From assembly GCA_016176525.1 (NCBI GenBank), contig JACOWZ010000003.1, forward strand, positions 63,554 to 127,553: a stretch of DNA of 64,000 bases, given 5' to 3'. The stretch is from Candidatus Colwellbacteria bacterium (lineage in GTDB: Bacteria > Patescibacteriota > Minisyncoccia > UBA6257 > Colwellbacteraceae). The position numbers and the translations under genes are program-made. The notes beneath the pieces were generated by a model. It was not told the DNA's origin. It worked only from the letters and a program-made list of their open reading frames with translations, and searched no databases. Positions 35,928 to 46,033 of this stretch are shown here, piece after piece (the stretch's first letter is position 1; each line of letters begins with the position of its first letter).

Positions 35928-36356
35928 TTAAAATGGTAAATCTTCTGGTTTTACTTCTTCAGAGTTCAAATCTATAACCGGCATTTCTTCTTTACCTTTA
36001 GGCGCAGGCCCGCCGGCAGCGCCTGGACTCTTTCTCGGGCCAAACTGAACACGCTCTGCAATAATTTCTGTAGAATACCTTTTAGAGCCATCCTGTGCAT
36101 CCCAAGAGCGAGTCTGTATGCGGCCTTCAACTAAAGCCAAACTGCCCTTTGTAAGATATTGGTGGATAGTCTCTCCCTGCTTGCCAAATGCGACAATATT
36201 ATGGAACTGCGTGTCTTGTTGATTTTCGCCCTGCTGGTTTTTCCAAACTCTATTTGTGGCGAGGCCGAAAGAAACAACAGATGTGCCAGAAGGCAGCGAC
36301 TTTAGTTCTGGATCTCTTGTTAGGTTGCCTATCAGAAATACTTTGTTTAAATTCAC
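35928..36356 (-). CDS. ssb: single-stranded DNA-binding protein
   Basis: OB-fold N-terminus MNLNKVFLIGNLTRDPELK…, Gly/Pro-rich linker and acidic C-terminal tail ending DLPF. Confidence 0.9.
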   Translation of the reverse strand: MNLNKVFLIGNLTRDPELKSLPSGTSVVSFGLATNRVWKNQQGENQQDTQFHNIVAFGKQGETIHQYLTKGSLALVEGRIQTRSWDAQDGSKRYSTEIIAERVQFGPRKSPGAAGGPAPKGKEEMPVIDLNSEEVKPEDLPF

Positions 36357-36358
36357 GG

Positions 36359-36802
36359 TTATATCTTATCAGTTGTATTGTTGTTTTGCAACGCGGCAAT
36401 TTCTGCCTGTAATGCTTCGTTAGAAAGCTGCGGCCCAGCCTTTACCGTTTTCTTTTTAGATGACGCGGCAGCGCTCTTATATTTAGAAGTTCTCTGTGTT
36501 GGGGGAGAAGTAATTATAAGATAGCGCAAAATATCTGCATCAAGTCTTAGTTTTTTATCGAGCTCAACTGCATTTACTGCGCTAGAGTCAAACCGAATAT
36601 AACCAAAATAAGCTTGGTTTCTCTTTAGAATAGGATAAGCAAGTTGAATTAAAGAAACCGGGCTTGCAACAATAACCGCTACATCCATTTTAGAAAGAAT
36701 ATCGCCAATGTGCCGAGCACCGTCTTCCGAGGCGGCTAAAAAGGAAATTTCGTATTCTTTTTTAATTTCTTCGGACATGAAATTGTAGATAGTTGATATC
36801 AA
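36359..36802 (-). CDS. rpsF: 30S ribosomal protein S6 with extended C-terminus
   Basis: EYEISFLA… S6-like N-terminal fold. Conserved rpsF-ssb-rpsR order. Confidence 0.75.
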   Translation of the reverse strand: MISTIYNFMSEEIKKEYEISFLAASEDGARHIGDILSKMDVAVIVASPVSLIQLAYPILKRNQAYFGYIRFDSSAVNAVELDKKLRLDADILRYLIITSPPTQRTSKYKSAAASSKKKTVKAGPQLSNEALQAEIAALQNNNTTDKI

Positions 36803-39800
36803 ATAATATCTGAAGAGTCAACCCCCTCGGAACCTTTTGCCATGCGACCAATTGGCAATTCTCTCCCGATAATAACATTTTCTTTGAGTCCGCGCAGATA
36901 ATCTATTCTGCCCTCGCTTGAAGCACCAATTAAAACTCTTGATGTTTCTTGGAAAGACGCAGCGGATAAGAAACCATCGGCAGTAAGCGCCGTACGTGTT
37001 AGCCCAAGCAAGGCTTCCGCACCCTTAGCCACGGTTTTGTGAGCGTCCTTAACTTTTTTATTTACTTCAGTAAACCTTGACTTGTCTACTATGTCGCCCA
37101 CTACAAAGCCTGAGTCGCCGGACAAAGTTACAATAACTCTGTTAAACATCTGGCGAACTACTATCTCTATATGTTTGTTGTTAACAGGGCTGCCTTCAGA
37201 AACATACACTCGCTGAATCTCTTTGATAATATACCTATAGCACTCCTCTTTGCCTTTAAGCCTGAAAAGTTCACGTAAATCCAAACTGCCCGCGCTTAAA
37301 ACATCTCCCTCTTTTACAGCATCGCCGACTTTTACATATAAAGAATTAGTGCGAGTCACCGGATACTCAATATATTTTGCTTCTTTGGCTTTCTTAGTTT
37401 TCTTAGCTTTCTTCTCAGAGGAAGCTGGAGTAATGTAAACTGTGCGCAGAAGATCTTTGTCTTCAATTTTAGCAACTGCGCCGTCAACTTCTGTTATAAT
37501 CGCTTTACCTTTCGGAGACCTTACCTCCAAGAGCTCTTCAACACGCGGCAAACCGGATGTAATGTCTCTGCCTGCTGCACCTCCTGCGTGCTTTGTGCGG
37601 AGTGTCAGCTGTGTACCCGGCTCACCAATGGATTGTGCAGCCACAATACCAACTGCCTCGCCAACTTTTATGGGCTCGTTATTACCCAGGTCTAACCCAT
37701 AGCACATTGCGCATATTCCATATAAAGTCTTACATTTAATCGGAGAGCGGACTTCAACAGAAGCGATATCAGACGCTTGGATCTCTTCTGCCGCTTTGTG
37801 GCCTATTATCTCGCCTTCTGCTACAACCACCTTTTTGCTAACCTTAATATCTTTTAAGGCGGTTCTTGAGAAAAGCCTTGTTGCAAAATCATGCCCAAAA
37901 TCAAGGCCGTCTTGCCGCCAAATTATAATACCTTCTTTAGTTTTGCAATTTTCTTCGCGAATAATTACATCTTGCGCAGTATCAATAAGGCGGCGTGTTA
38001 GGTAACCGGCGTCCGCTGTCTTTAGAGCAGTGTCTACTAATCCTTTTCTGGAACCGTGAGTAGAAATAAAGTATTCCAAAACAGAGTGGCCTTCTTTTAA
38101 TGATGTCCTTATCGGCAGTTCTATAATTTCCCCCTTCGGGTTTGCAACTAATCCTTTCATGCCCATCATTTGCATAGGCTGTGCCCAGCTGCCACGAGCG
38201 CCAGAATCAATCATCATATAAACAGAGCTTTTTTCGGAAAGCGTATTCGGAATAGTTTTAGCAATTGTTTTGTGCGCCTCGCCCCAAATCTCAATTACTC
38301 TTGACTCTCGCTCATCGTTTGTAAGAAGACCTTCGTTGTATTCTTCTTTAATTTGCGCCTCTTTCTTTTCGGCTTCGGCAATATGGCGCTCTCTCTCCGC
38401 CGGAATAGTAAGGTCGTCCATACCCCAACTAAGCCCTGATTTTGTGGCATAGCGAAACCCTAATAGCTTAATGCTGTCTAAAACATCTTTTGCCTTCTTT
38501 GAGCCATACATGCTAATTAGTTTTGCAGTTAGTTTGGCAAGTGCTTTTTTATTTAATGTCTCATTTACAAAATCCATCCCCGGCGGAAGCACCTCATTAA
38601 AAAGGACTCTGCCGTAGGTAGTTTCTAATTTGCCTACTTTTATCTGCGCATTTAGAGAGATAAAGTGGTTAGCGTAAGCGAGCATTGCCTCATCGTAAGA
38701 AGCGAAAACAGAGCCGGAGCCGGTTGCATCAGATTCAACATGCGTAAGGTAATAGCAGCCAAGTACTATATCTTGCGAAGGCGTTGCAATAGGGTCGCCG
38801 GAAGCCGGCTTCAAAAGCGTATTTTCGCCGGAGAGCATAAGCGTCACTGCCTCCGATTGCGCTTCTTCAGAAAGAGGCAAGTGCACAGCCATCAAGTCCC
38901 CATCAAAGTCAGCGTTAAACGCTGCACAGACCATAGGCGGGATCTGAATAACTAAGTCTTCTACAAGCACGGGGTAAAACGCCTGTACAGAAAGCCTGTG
39001 CAAGGTTGGCTGGCGGTTTAAGAGGATAACTTTATTTCTTATAACTTCTTCCAATATTTCCCAAATTTCTGGCGGAGCTTCTTCTATAAGCCTATTGGAA
39101 TTGCGAATATTGTGCGCAAGCCCTCTTTCAATAACTTTAGAGATTACAAAGGGCCTAAAAATCTCTAAAGCCATTCTTTTTGGAATACCGCATTCGTTTA
39201 GCCTCATATTCGGGCCAACAACAATAACCGAGCGGCCAGAATAGTCTACTCTTTTACCCAAAAGGTTTTGCCTAAACCTGCCTTGTTTGCCTTTTAACAT
39301 ATCGGCTAAAGACCGCAATGCTCTTCTCCTAGCAGGGCCGGTTGCGGTTTTACTCTCTGGGTTATCAATAAGGGCATCAACCGCCTCTTGTAGCATTCTT
39401 TTTTCGTTTACAACAATCACATCCGGCGCGCGTAGTTCCAAAAGTTTCTTTAAGCGGTTGTTTCTATTTATAACTCTTCTATATAAGTCGTTTAAATCAG
39501 ACGTAGCGTATCTACCGCCGTCTAATGCAACCATCGGCCGCAGATCAGGAGGTAGCACTGGAAGTATGGCCAAAACCATCCACTCAGGGTTTATTTTATT
39601 TTTCTGCATTGACTTTGCGAGCTTCAATCTGCGCAGAAGTTTTTTAAGTTTTAATTTATTGCCATCTTTCTCTAATTCTTTCTCTACATCTTCGGCAATT
39701 TTACCCAAATTTAAATTCTTTAAGCACGCGCGTATTCCCTCGGCGCCGCGCTGTGCAGTAAACACATTGCCAAATCTCTGTGCTAGGCGTAGGTATCCAA

Positions 39801-40341
39801 CCTCATCCAGAATCTTGCCTACATCAAGGCTTTTTAAAGATTCTTTTGTCTCTTGGGCGGTCGCCTTAAGACTTTCGTCATTGCGGCTCTTATATTCTTT
39901 ATCAACATCTTCTATAGCATGCTTAATCTTTTCTAAATCAACAGAAGTTACAATATAAGATGCATAATATGCAACTTTTTCAAGTTTTAATGGCGGTGCG
40001 TCTAATATTAAGCTAATTTGGGTTTTTAAAAACCACGGATGCACAACAGGCGCTGCAAGTTTTATGTGGCCTAATCGCTCTCTGCGGACTATTGAGCGCG
40101 TTACTTCAACACCACACTTGTCGCAAATAATGCCTTTATACCTTATTTTAGAGTATTTACCGCAATAACACTCCCAGTCTTTAGTGGGGCCGAATATTCT
40201 CTCCGAGAAAAGTCCATCTTTTTCCGGCCTTTGAGTTCTATAGTTTATAGTTTCCGGTTTTAGAACCTCGCCATGAGACCAAGACAAAATATCCTCAGGT
40301 GAAGCAATTCTTATTTTGAGCGCTTTAAAATCTGTATCCAT
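36799..40341 (-). CDS. rpoC: DNA-directed RNA polymerase subunit beta'
   Basis: 1180 aa. Zinc-binding CxxC…CxxC N-terminus. NADFDGD catalytic motif. Trigger-loop and bridge-helix regions. Confidence 0.97.
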   Translation of the reverse strand: MDTDFKALKIRIASPEDILSWSHGEVLKPETINYRTQRPEKDGLFSERIFGPTKDWECYCGKYSKIRYKGIICDKCGVEVTRSIVRRERLGHIKLAAPVVHPWFLKTQISLILDAPPLKLEKVAYYASYIVTSVDLEKIKHAIEDVDKEYKSRNDESLKATAQETKESLKSLDVGKILDEVGYLRLAQRFGNVFTAQRGAEGIRACLKNLNLGKIAEDVEKELEKDGNKLKLKKLLRRLKLAKSMQKNKINPEWMVLAILPVLPPDLRPMVALDGGRYATSDLNDLYRRVINRNNRLKKLLELRAPDVIVVNEKRMLQEAVDALIDNPESKTATGPARRRALRSLADMLKGKQGRFRQNLLGKRVDYSGRSVIVVGPNMRLNECGIPKRMALEIFRPFVISKVIERGLAHNIRNSNRLIEEAPPEIWEILEEVIRNKVILLNRQPTLHRLSVQAFYPVLVEDLVIQIPPMVCAAFNADFDGDLMAVHLPLSEEAQSEAVTLMLSGENTLLKPASGDPIATPSQDIVLGCYYLTHVESDATGSGSVFASYDEAMLAYANHFISLNAQIKVGKLETTYGRVLFNEVLPPGMDFVNETLNKKALAKLTAKLISMYGSKKAKDVLDSIKLLGFRYATKSGLSWGMDDLTIPAERERHIAEAEKKEAQIKEEYNEGLLTNDERESRVIEIWGEAHKTIAKTIPNTLSEKSSVYMMIDSGARGSWAQPMQMMGMKGLVANPKGEIIELPIRTSLKEGHSVLEYFISTHGSRKGLVDTALKTADAGYLTRRLIDTAQDVIIREENCKTKEGIIIWRQDGLDFGHDFATRLFSRTALKDIKVSKKVVVAEGEIIGHKAAEEIQASDIASVEVRSPIKCKTLYGICAMCYGLDLGNNEPIKVGEAVGIVAAQSIGEPGTQLTLRTKHAGGAAGRDITSGLPRVEELLEVRSPKGKAIITEVDGAVAKIEDKDLLRTVYITPASSEKKAKKTKKAKEAKYIEYPVTRTNSLYVKVGDAVKEGDVLSAGSLDLRELFRLKGKEECYRYIIKEIQRVYVSEGSPVNNKHIEIVVRQMFNRVIVTLSGDSGFVVGDIVDKSRFTEVNKKVKDAHKTVAKGAEALLGLTRTALTADGFLSAASFQETSRVLIGASSEGRIDYLRGLKENVIIGRELPIGRMAKGSEGVDSSDII

Positions 40342-40345
40342 TTTA

Positions 40346-43300
40346 TTATTGTTCTTCCTCGTCTTTTACCGGCTCAACGACTAAGCCCAGTGCTTTTAAT
40401 TCATTCAACATTACCTTAAACGAAGCCGGGATGTTAGGCCTTTTAATTTTTTCTCCTCTTATTATAGATTCGTACGCTGCCGAGCGGCCCAAAACATCGT
40501 CAGATTTAATAGTTAGCATTTCCTGCAGAGTGTGCGCTGCTCCATAGCCTTCCAGAGCCCAGACCTCCATTTCTCCAAACCTTTGCCCTCCCTGTTGGGC
40601 TTTTCCACCAAGAGGCTGCTGGGTAATTAGAGAATACGGCCCAATTGAGCGCATATTAATTTTATCTACCACCAAGTGGTTAAGTTTCATCATATAAACA
40701 ACCCCTACTGTTGCGGCTCTATCAAAAGGTTCGCCGCTTCTACCATCATAAAGAATAACTTGGCCTGATTCCGGCAAGCCTGCGCTCTTCAACTCCTCCT
40801 TAATTTGTTCTTCAGAAGCACCCGCAAAAACCGGTGTTATTGCTCTGTAACCTAATTTCTTTGCAGCCCAACCCAAGTGCGTTTCTAATATTTGCCCCAA
40901 GTTCATACGAGATACAACACCTAATGGGTTTAAAACTATATCCACTGGCGTGCCGTCTTCCAAGTAGGGCATATCTTCTACTGGGCGCACGGTTGAAACA
41001 ACACCTTTGTTGCCGTGGCGACCAGCCATTTTATCTCCCGCTTGAATATTGCGAAGCTCTGCAACTTGTATCTGAATGCGCGAAATTATACCGGCATCTA
41101 ACTTATCTCCTTTGTCGCGCGAAAAGATTTTTACCCCAACAATACGCCCCGCCTTGCCGTGCGGCAATTCAAGAGATGTATCTTTAACATCACGGACTTT
41201 CTCGCCGAATATTGCGCGCAAAAGCCTCTCCTCGGCCGTAAGTTCACTCTCTCCTTTAGGAGAAATTTTGCCGACAAGTATGTCTCCACCGCGCACTTCG
41301 GCGCCGATGCGGACTATACCTTCTTCGTCTAAGTTGCGCAGTTTTTCTTCTGAAACATTTGGAATATCCGGGGTAGTAAGCTCTGGACCAAGTTTTGTAT
41401 CGCGGACGTCAACTTCAAACTCCTCAATATGCACAGAAGTGAATAAATCTTTTCTCTGCACAGCCTCCGAAAGAATAATAGCATCCTCAAAGTTGGCTCC
41501 TTCAAAAGACAAAAAAGCAACAACCAAGTTCTGGCCAAGCGCTAATTCGCCGTTGTCTATAGACTGGCCATCAGAGAGGGGTGTTCCCTTCTTAACTTTG
41601 TCGCCTTTACGCACAATCGGCCTTTGCGAAATAGACATATACTGGTTAGACATCTTAAATTTTGAGAGTTGGTACTCATCTTTTTTACCAGAGTCGGTTT
41701 TTACAACTACATGCAAGCCGTCCACCTCTACTACTGTGCCCGCATTTTTTGCGGTTACAATACTGCCTGAATTTTTAGCAACTACGCTCTCCATACCGGT
41801 TGAAACATAAGGCGCATCTGGCCTTACACAAGGCACAGCTTGCCTCTGCATGTTAGAGGCCATAAGCGCACGGTTTGCATCGTCGTGCTCCAAAAAAGGA
41901 ATTAAAGATGTAGCAACGCTTGTAAACTGGTTTGGCGCAACGTCTATAAAATCAATTTCTTCGGCTGGACATATACCAGGAGAACCGTAGATTCTCGCAT
42001 CAACGGTTTTGTCTAAAATCTTGCCATCGTCGCCAATTTTTACATTTGCAATAGCAATTTTATGTTTCTGTTCTGTAAGCGCGTCAAGCCAATGCAGATC
42101 TTTTGTTAATTTGCCCTTTTCTACTTTAATGTATGGGGTGACTAAAAAACCAAGCTCGTTTACTTTAACATAGCCAGCAAGCTGGTTTACCAAACCGATG
42201 TTTGCACCCTCTGGAGACTGAATAGGGCAAATTCTACCGTAGTAAGAAGTATGTACATCGCGCACCTCCATACCCGCCCGCTCACGTGTAAGCCCTCCGG
42301 GGCCCAAAAAAGTAATACGCCTTTTATGCTCCAATTCATCAAGAGGATTAACCTGTTGCATAAACTGCGACATTTGCGAAGAAGAAAAGAATTCTTTTAC
42401 AACAGATATTAAGGGCCTTGAGTTTACTAGTTGAACCGGCGTTACAGATTCTAAATCTGCTGTGGACATTCTATCTTGTATATTTCTTCTCATTCTGGAA
42501 AAACCAAGGCGCAGCCTTGACTGTAAAAGTTCGCCAACTGCCCTCACGCGCCTATTGCCTAAGTGGTCTATATCATCCGCTTCAGCTTTTGTATCTGCAT
42601 TCAACCGTATTATTTCACGGATAATTGCTACAATATCACCTGCTTCTAGGTTTTTGTTTTTTGATGTTGTCCCAAGCCTCTGGTTTAATTTAAATCTGCC
42701 TACTTTTGATAAGTCATATCTCTCTTCAGACAAAAGCATGCCGTCAATAAGTTTTTTAGCATCTTCCGCAGTTGCTAAATCTCCGGGGCGAATTCTTTTA
42801 TAAATCTCAATATAGGCGCTTTCTGCATCTTTTGCTGAATCTTTCTCTAAAGTAAGCCGTAACTCCTCACCAAACTCGCGCTTTATATCCGCCTCACTCA
42901 AACCAAAAACACGAAGAAGCGAAGTTACTGCAACTTTTCTGTGGCGGTCAATTTTAACCCCTATAAAACCCGAATAATCCGTTTCAAACTCAAGCCATGC
43001 TCCGCGACTTGGTATTAGCTTTGCTCCAAATAATTTTTTGCCTTTGTAAACATTCTCAACAAAATAAACACCTGGAGATCTTACAAGTTGCGAAATAACA
43101 ATGCGCTCCACGCCGTTTATAATAAATGTTCCGCGCGGTGTCATAATAGGGAAATCGCCAAAGTATATTTCCTGCTCTTTATTGTCTTTTGATTGTTTAT
43201 TTACAAGTTTAACTTTAACGCGCAGTGGTGCTTCGTATGTTATGCCTTTTGACACAGCTTCTTCTTCGGAGTATTTAGGGGAGTCAAAAAAATAATCTGT

Positions 43301-43480
43301 AAAATATAGCTCCAAATTTCGGCCTGCGTAGTCTTTTATGGCAGAAATTTCTTCGCAAAGCTCTTTTAAACCGGTTTTCAAGAACCACTCGTAAGACTCA
43401 AGTTGAATGTCAACTAAACCCGGCTGGGGCGTAAGCGGCCCTTTATACGAAGAGAAGTTTTTAACTTGTAGTTTTGGCAT
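40346..43480 (-). CDS. rpoB: DNA-directed RNA polymerase subunit beta
   Basis: 1044 aa with the conserved rif region, GEMEVWALEGYGAA and C-terminal clamp. Immediately upstream of rpoC. Confidence 0.97.
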   Translation of the reverse strand: MPKLQVKNFSSYKGPLTPQPGLVDIQLESYEWFLKTGLKELCEEISAIKDYAGRNLELYFTDYFFDSPKYSEEEAVSKGITYEAPLRVKVKLVNKQSKDNKEQEIYFGDFPIMTPRGTFIINGVERIVISQLVRSPGVYFVENVYKGKKLFGAKLIPSRGAWLEFETDYSGFIGVKIDRHRKVAVTSLLRVFGLSEADIKREFGEELRLTLEKDSAKDAESAYIEIYKRIRPGDLATAEDAKKLIDGMLLSEERYDLSKVGRFKLNQRLGTTSKNKNLEAGDIVAIIREIIRLNADTKAEADDIDHLGNRRVRAVGELLQSRLRLGFSRMRRNIQDRMSTADLESVTPVQLVNSRPLISVVKEFFSSSQMSQFMQQVNPLDELEHKRRITFLGPGGLTRERAGMEVRDVHTSYYGRICPIQSPEGANIGLVNQLAGYVKVNELGFLVTPYIKVEKGKLTKDLHWLDALTEQKHKIAIANVKIGDDGKILDKTVDARIYGSPGICPAEEIDFIDVAPNQFTSVATSLIPFLEHDDANRALMASNMQRQAVPCVRPDAPYVSTGMESVVAKNSGSIVTAKNAGTVVEVDGLHVVVKTDSGKKDEYQLSKFKMSNQYMSISQRPIVRKGDKVKKGTPLSDGQSIDNGELALGQNLVVAFLSFEGANFEDAIILSEAVQRKDLFTSVHIEEFEVDVRDTKLGPELTTPDIPNVSEEKLRNLDEEGIVRIGAEVRGGDILVGKISPKGESELTAEERLLRAIFGEKVRDVKDTSLELPHGKAGRIVGVKIFSRDKGDKLDAGIISRIQIQVAELRNIQAGDKMAGRHGNKGVVSTVRPVEDMPYLEDGTPVDIVLNPLGVVSRMNLGQILETHLGWAAKKLGYRAITPVFAGASEEQIKEELKSAGLPESGQVILYDGRSGEPFDRAATVGVVYMMKLNHLVVDKINMRSIGPYSLITQQPLGGKAQQGGQRFGEMEVWALEGYGAAHTLQEMLTIKSDDVLGRSAAYESIIRGEKIKRPNIPASFKVMLNELKALGLVVEPVKDEEEQ

Positions 43481-44194
43481 TTATTTTAAGTATTTGAAAA
43501 CATTTACATTGTGTTCATCTAAAGTTGTTGCAAAAATTGCTCGTTTGGTTTCTGGGTGTGTAATATAAAATAAAAAATTAGACTCCAGTGGGTCACTAGA
43601 AGCCGTAATTGATTCAATGCCGGGATTTGCAATGGGTGTCGGCGGCAACCCTTTGTACATATAGGTGTTGTACAGTGAATCAATCTCAAAATCCTTTTTC
43701 AAAATTGGGTGGCATGGGAGGGGCTTAACATAGCATATTGTTGCATCAACATGCAGAGCCTCATTCCTTCGCAAACGTTCTAAAAGAATGCCTGCAACCA
43801 ACCGTTTATCCTCTAAAGTTATAACTTCTTTTTCAAGAAGAGAGGCTAGAATAAGGGTTTCGTATTCATTTGATTCTGCAAGCAGGGGTGCGGCTTTTTT
43901 ATCAAAATTCTCTTTAAACCTAGCTAGCACTACCTCTGCGGTAGAGAATAAATAAAATTCGTAGGTATCAGGCAAAAGATAGCCTTCACTAGAGGAGGGT
44001 ATTACTTCCCCTTCGCGAAGAACATCCTCTGTAATAAGAAGATCGTTAATCTCCTGCGCTGTCATACCTTCTCTTATTAGTACAGATTTTACCGCGGCTA
44101 AGCTTGGGCCCCTTACTCCAAAATCTAAAAGCAGTAAAAGAACAATTGTGGCCAAAAGAACAGCCAGTTTAACAGAGGTTTTAGACATTATCAA
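43481..44194 (-). CDS. mltG: endolytic murein transglycosylase MltG (YceG family)
   Basis: N-terminal TM. EGYLLPDTYEF and NTYMYKGLPPTPIANPG family motifs. Confidence 0.8.
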   Translation of the reverse strand: MIMSKTSVKLAVLLATIVLLLLLDFGVRGPSLAAVKSVLIREGMTAQEINDLLITEDVLREGEVIPSSSEGYLLPDTYEFYLFSTAEVVLARFKENFDKKAAPLLAESNEYETLILASLLEKEVITLEDKRLVAGILLERLRRNEALHVDATICYVKPLPCHPILKKDFEIDSLYNTYMYKGLPPTPIANPGIESITASSDPLESNFLFYITHPETKRAIFATTLDEHNVNVFKYLK

Positions 44195-45267
44195 TACCCT
44201 GCGCGTCTTTTGGCAGTATGGAGTATGATACCTGTGAGGATTGCCACTGTCAAGAGGCTTGAACCGCCAAAGCTTATAAGCGGCAAAGTTATCCCTGTAA
44301 CCGGCAAAAGACCTAAATTAGAACCGATATTAACTATAAAATGGATTAAAAGCATAACACTTGTGCCTATAGATATAAACTTAAAAAAATTATTGTCCGA
44401 GGCCATGCCAATCTTCAAAATTCTAAAAATAAAGAAAACAAAAAGCGACACTAGAATAAAAGCGCCAAAAATCCCCCACTCTTCAACAAAAGCGGCAAAA
44501 GGAAAATCGGTTGCAGCGTTAGGCAAAAACCCGAGCTGGGCTTGAGTCCCCTGCCCAAAACCTTTGCCAAAAAAACCCGCAGAACCTATGGCAATCTTAG
44601 ACTGTATAACATTGTAGCTTATGCCAAGTGGGTCAATCTCTGGGTTTAAGAGGGCCATTACTCTGTCTTTCTGATAATCAGCAAGTCCGAAATTCCACAT
44701 AAAAATACCCAAGATAAAAAACGCTACAAGCATAATAAGAACAAACTTTGCCGGAATCTCGCTTGTAAGCAAAAATCCTGCCCAAATGCCAAGAATCATC
44801 AACGCAGTGCCCATGTCTGGGCCTAAAGCCGTAAATATGACAGCCGGCAAGAGATATATAAGTGAAATTACAATAATGCTTGGCCGTTTTATTGCAACGT
44901 GGCGCGAAGCAAAAAATTTAGCGAACAAAAGTATAAGAGCAATCTTCATAAATTCAGACGGTTGCAAACGAAAGTCTCCCACCGCAAACCACCTTTTAGT
45001 GCCCGCTATCTCTGGCGCAAAAAAATAAGCTGAGATTAATAAGAGAAGCGCTATAAAATAAACCCCGAATATTACCCATCTGTAGCTCAATATAGCCTTA
45101 AGATTAAAAATCGGCAGAGTAAGCACTATAAAAAAGGCAATTGCGGCAGATATTAATTGTTTTTGGAACAGCTCTATATTAAGAGATAGAAGATTTACAA
45201 GCCCAATGCTTAAAAGTAAAAGAAAGGAAACTAAAAGCCAGATGTCGTAATTCCTAATAAAATTCAT
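44191..45267 (-). CDS. FtsW/RodA/SpoVE-family peptidoglycan glycosyltransferase (SEDS)
   Basis: 358 aa, ~10 TM. Conserved …GSAGFFGKGFGQGTQ…LPNAATDFPFAAFVEEWG… SEDS loop. Confidence 0.85.
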   Translation of the reverse strand: MNFIRNYDIWLLVSFLLLLSIGLVNLLSLNIELFQKQLISAAIAFFIVLTLPIFNLKAILSYRWVIFGVYFIALLLLISAYFFAPEIAGTKRWFAVGDFRLQPSEFMKIALILLFAKFFASRHVAIKRPSIIVISLIYLLPAVIFTALGPDMGTALMILGIWAGFLLTSEIPAKFVLIMLVAFFILGIFMWNFGLADYQKDRVMALLNPEIDPLGISYNVIQSKIAIGSAGFFGKGFGQGTQAQLGFLPNAATDFPFAAFVEEWGIFGAFILVSLFVFFIFRILKIGMASDNNFFKFISIGTSVMLLIHFIVNIGSNLGLLPVTGITLPLISFGGSSLLTVAILTGIILHTAKRRAGY

Positions 45268-45277
45268 CTAACTAAAT

Positions 45278-46021
45278 TTATCTCGGAGGTACCTCGACCG
45301 CCGTATTAATATTAACTATATCGCGGCCTTGGAGTATTATACTAAACTCTAAATTCGCAAAAGCTTCAAGTGTAGGCGGCTCTAAAATTGAAGCGCTGAC
45401 AATAATGCCTTCGGCATTTAGCCCAACCACTATTATTTGCAATTTCTCATAAGCAACTGCTTCAATATTTACTACTTCTCCGGAAACAGTCGCTCCAGCA
45501 TCACTCTTATTAAGATTCAAATTAATAACATTTACCTCTGGCTGTGGTTTTACCTCATCTTTAGGCACCCAATTAGGTGAAGTTACAGTAAAGTCAATCC
45601 TGCCCACATCGGCGCTGTTGATATTAAAAAGCGGCATAGCAATATATTTCTGTGCCCTCGGTAAAAGCGACGTAACACCACCTAGGTTTGTAAGGCGCGG
45701 GCCAAATTTATGAAAAACCTCCAAATTATACTCCAATAAATTAGAGCCATAATTTTCACTTGGGTTTGAAATTCTAAGAAGAATTAATGTATCTCTCTCG
45801 CCTAGAGCGAAAGCTAAAACCTCGGAGCTTTCTACTTTAAGATTTTTTAGCTCGCATGGAATACATGGCCCGCCGCAATCAACATCAACTTCCTTCTGGT
45901 TTTTAATATTGTCAGAACACGAAGGGCTCTCATAAGAAATAGTATAGTAAATTCCAAAACCAATAAGAGATAATACTCCAGCAAAAAATAAGCCATAAAG
46001 AAGCTGTTTTATAAGTCTCAC
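45278..46021 (-). CDS. hypothetical membrane-anchored protein
   Basis: 247 aa with N-terminal signal anchor. Cys cluster CSDN…CGGPCIPC. No recognised domain. Confidence 0.5.
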   Translation of the reverse strand: MRLIKQLLYGLFFAGVLSLIGFGIYYTISYESPSCSDNIKNQKEVDVDCGGPCIPCELKNLKVESSEVLAFALGERDTLILLRISNPSENYGSNLLEYNLEVFHKFGPRLTNLGGVTSLLPRAQKYIAMPLFNINSADVGRIDFTVTSPNWVPKDEVKPQPEVNVINLNLNKSDAGATVSGEVVNIEAVAYEKLQIIVVGLNAEGIIVSASILEPPTLEAFANLEFSIILQGRDIVNINTAVEVPPR

Positions 46022-46033
46022 TTAAATATTATA

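Noticed and set aside
36799-43480. Alternative genetic code (UGA recoding as in some CPR lineages)
   Set aside because: rpoB/rpoC, topA, leuS and others are full-length with TGA/TAA/TAG used as terminators and no in-frame TGA interruptions. Standard code 11.
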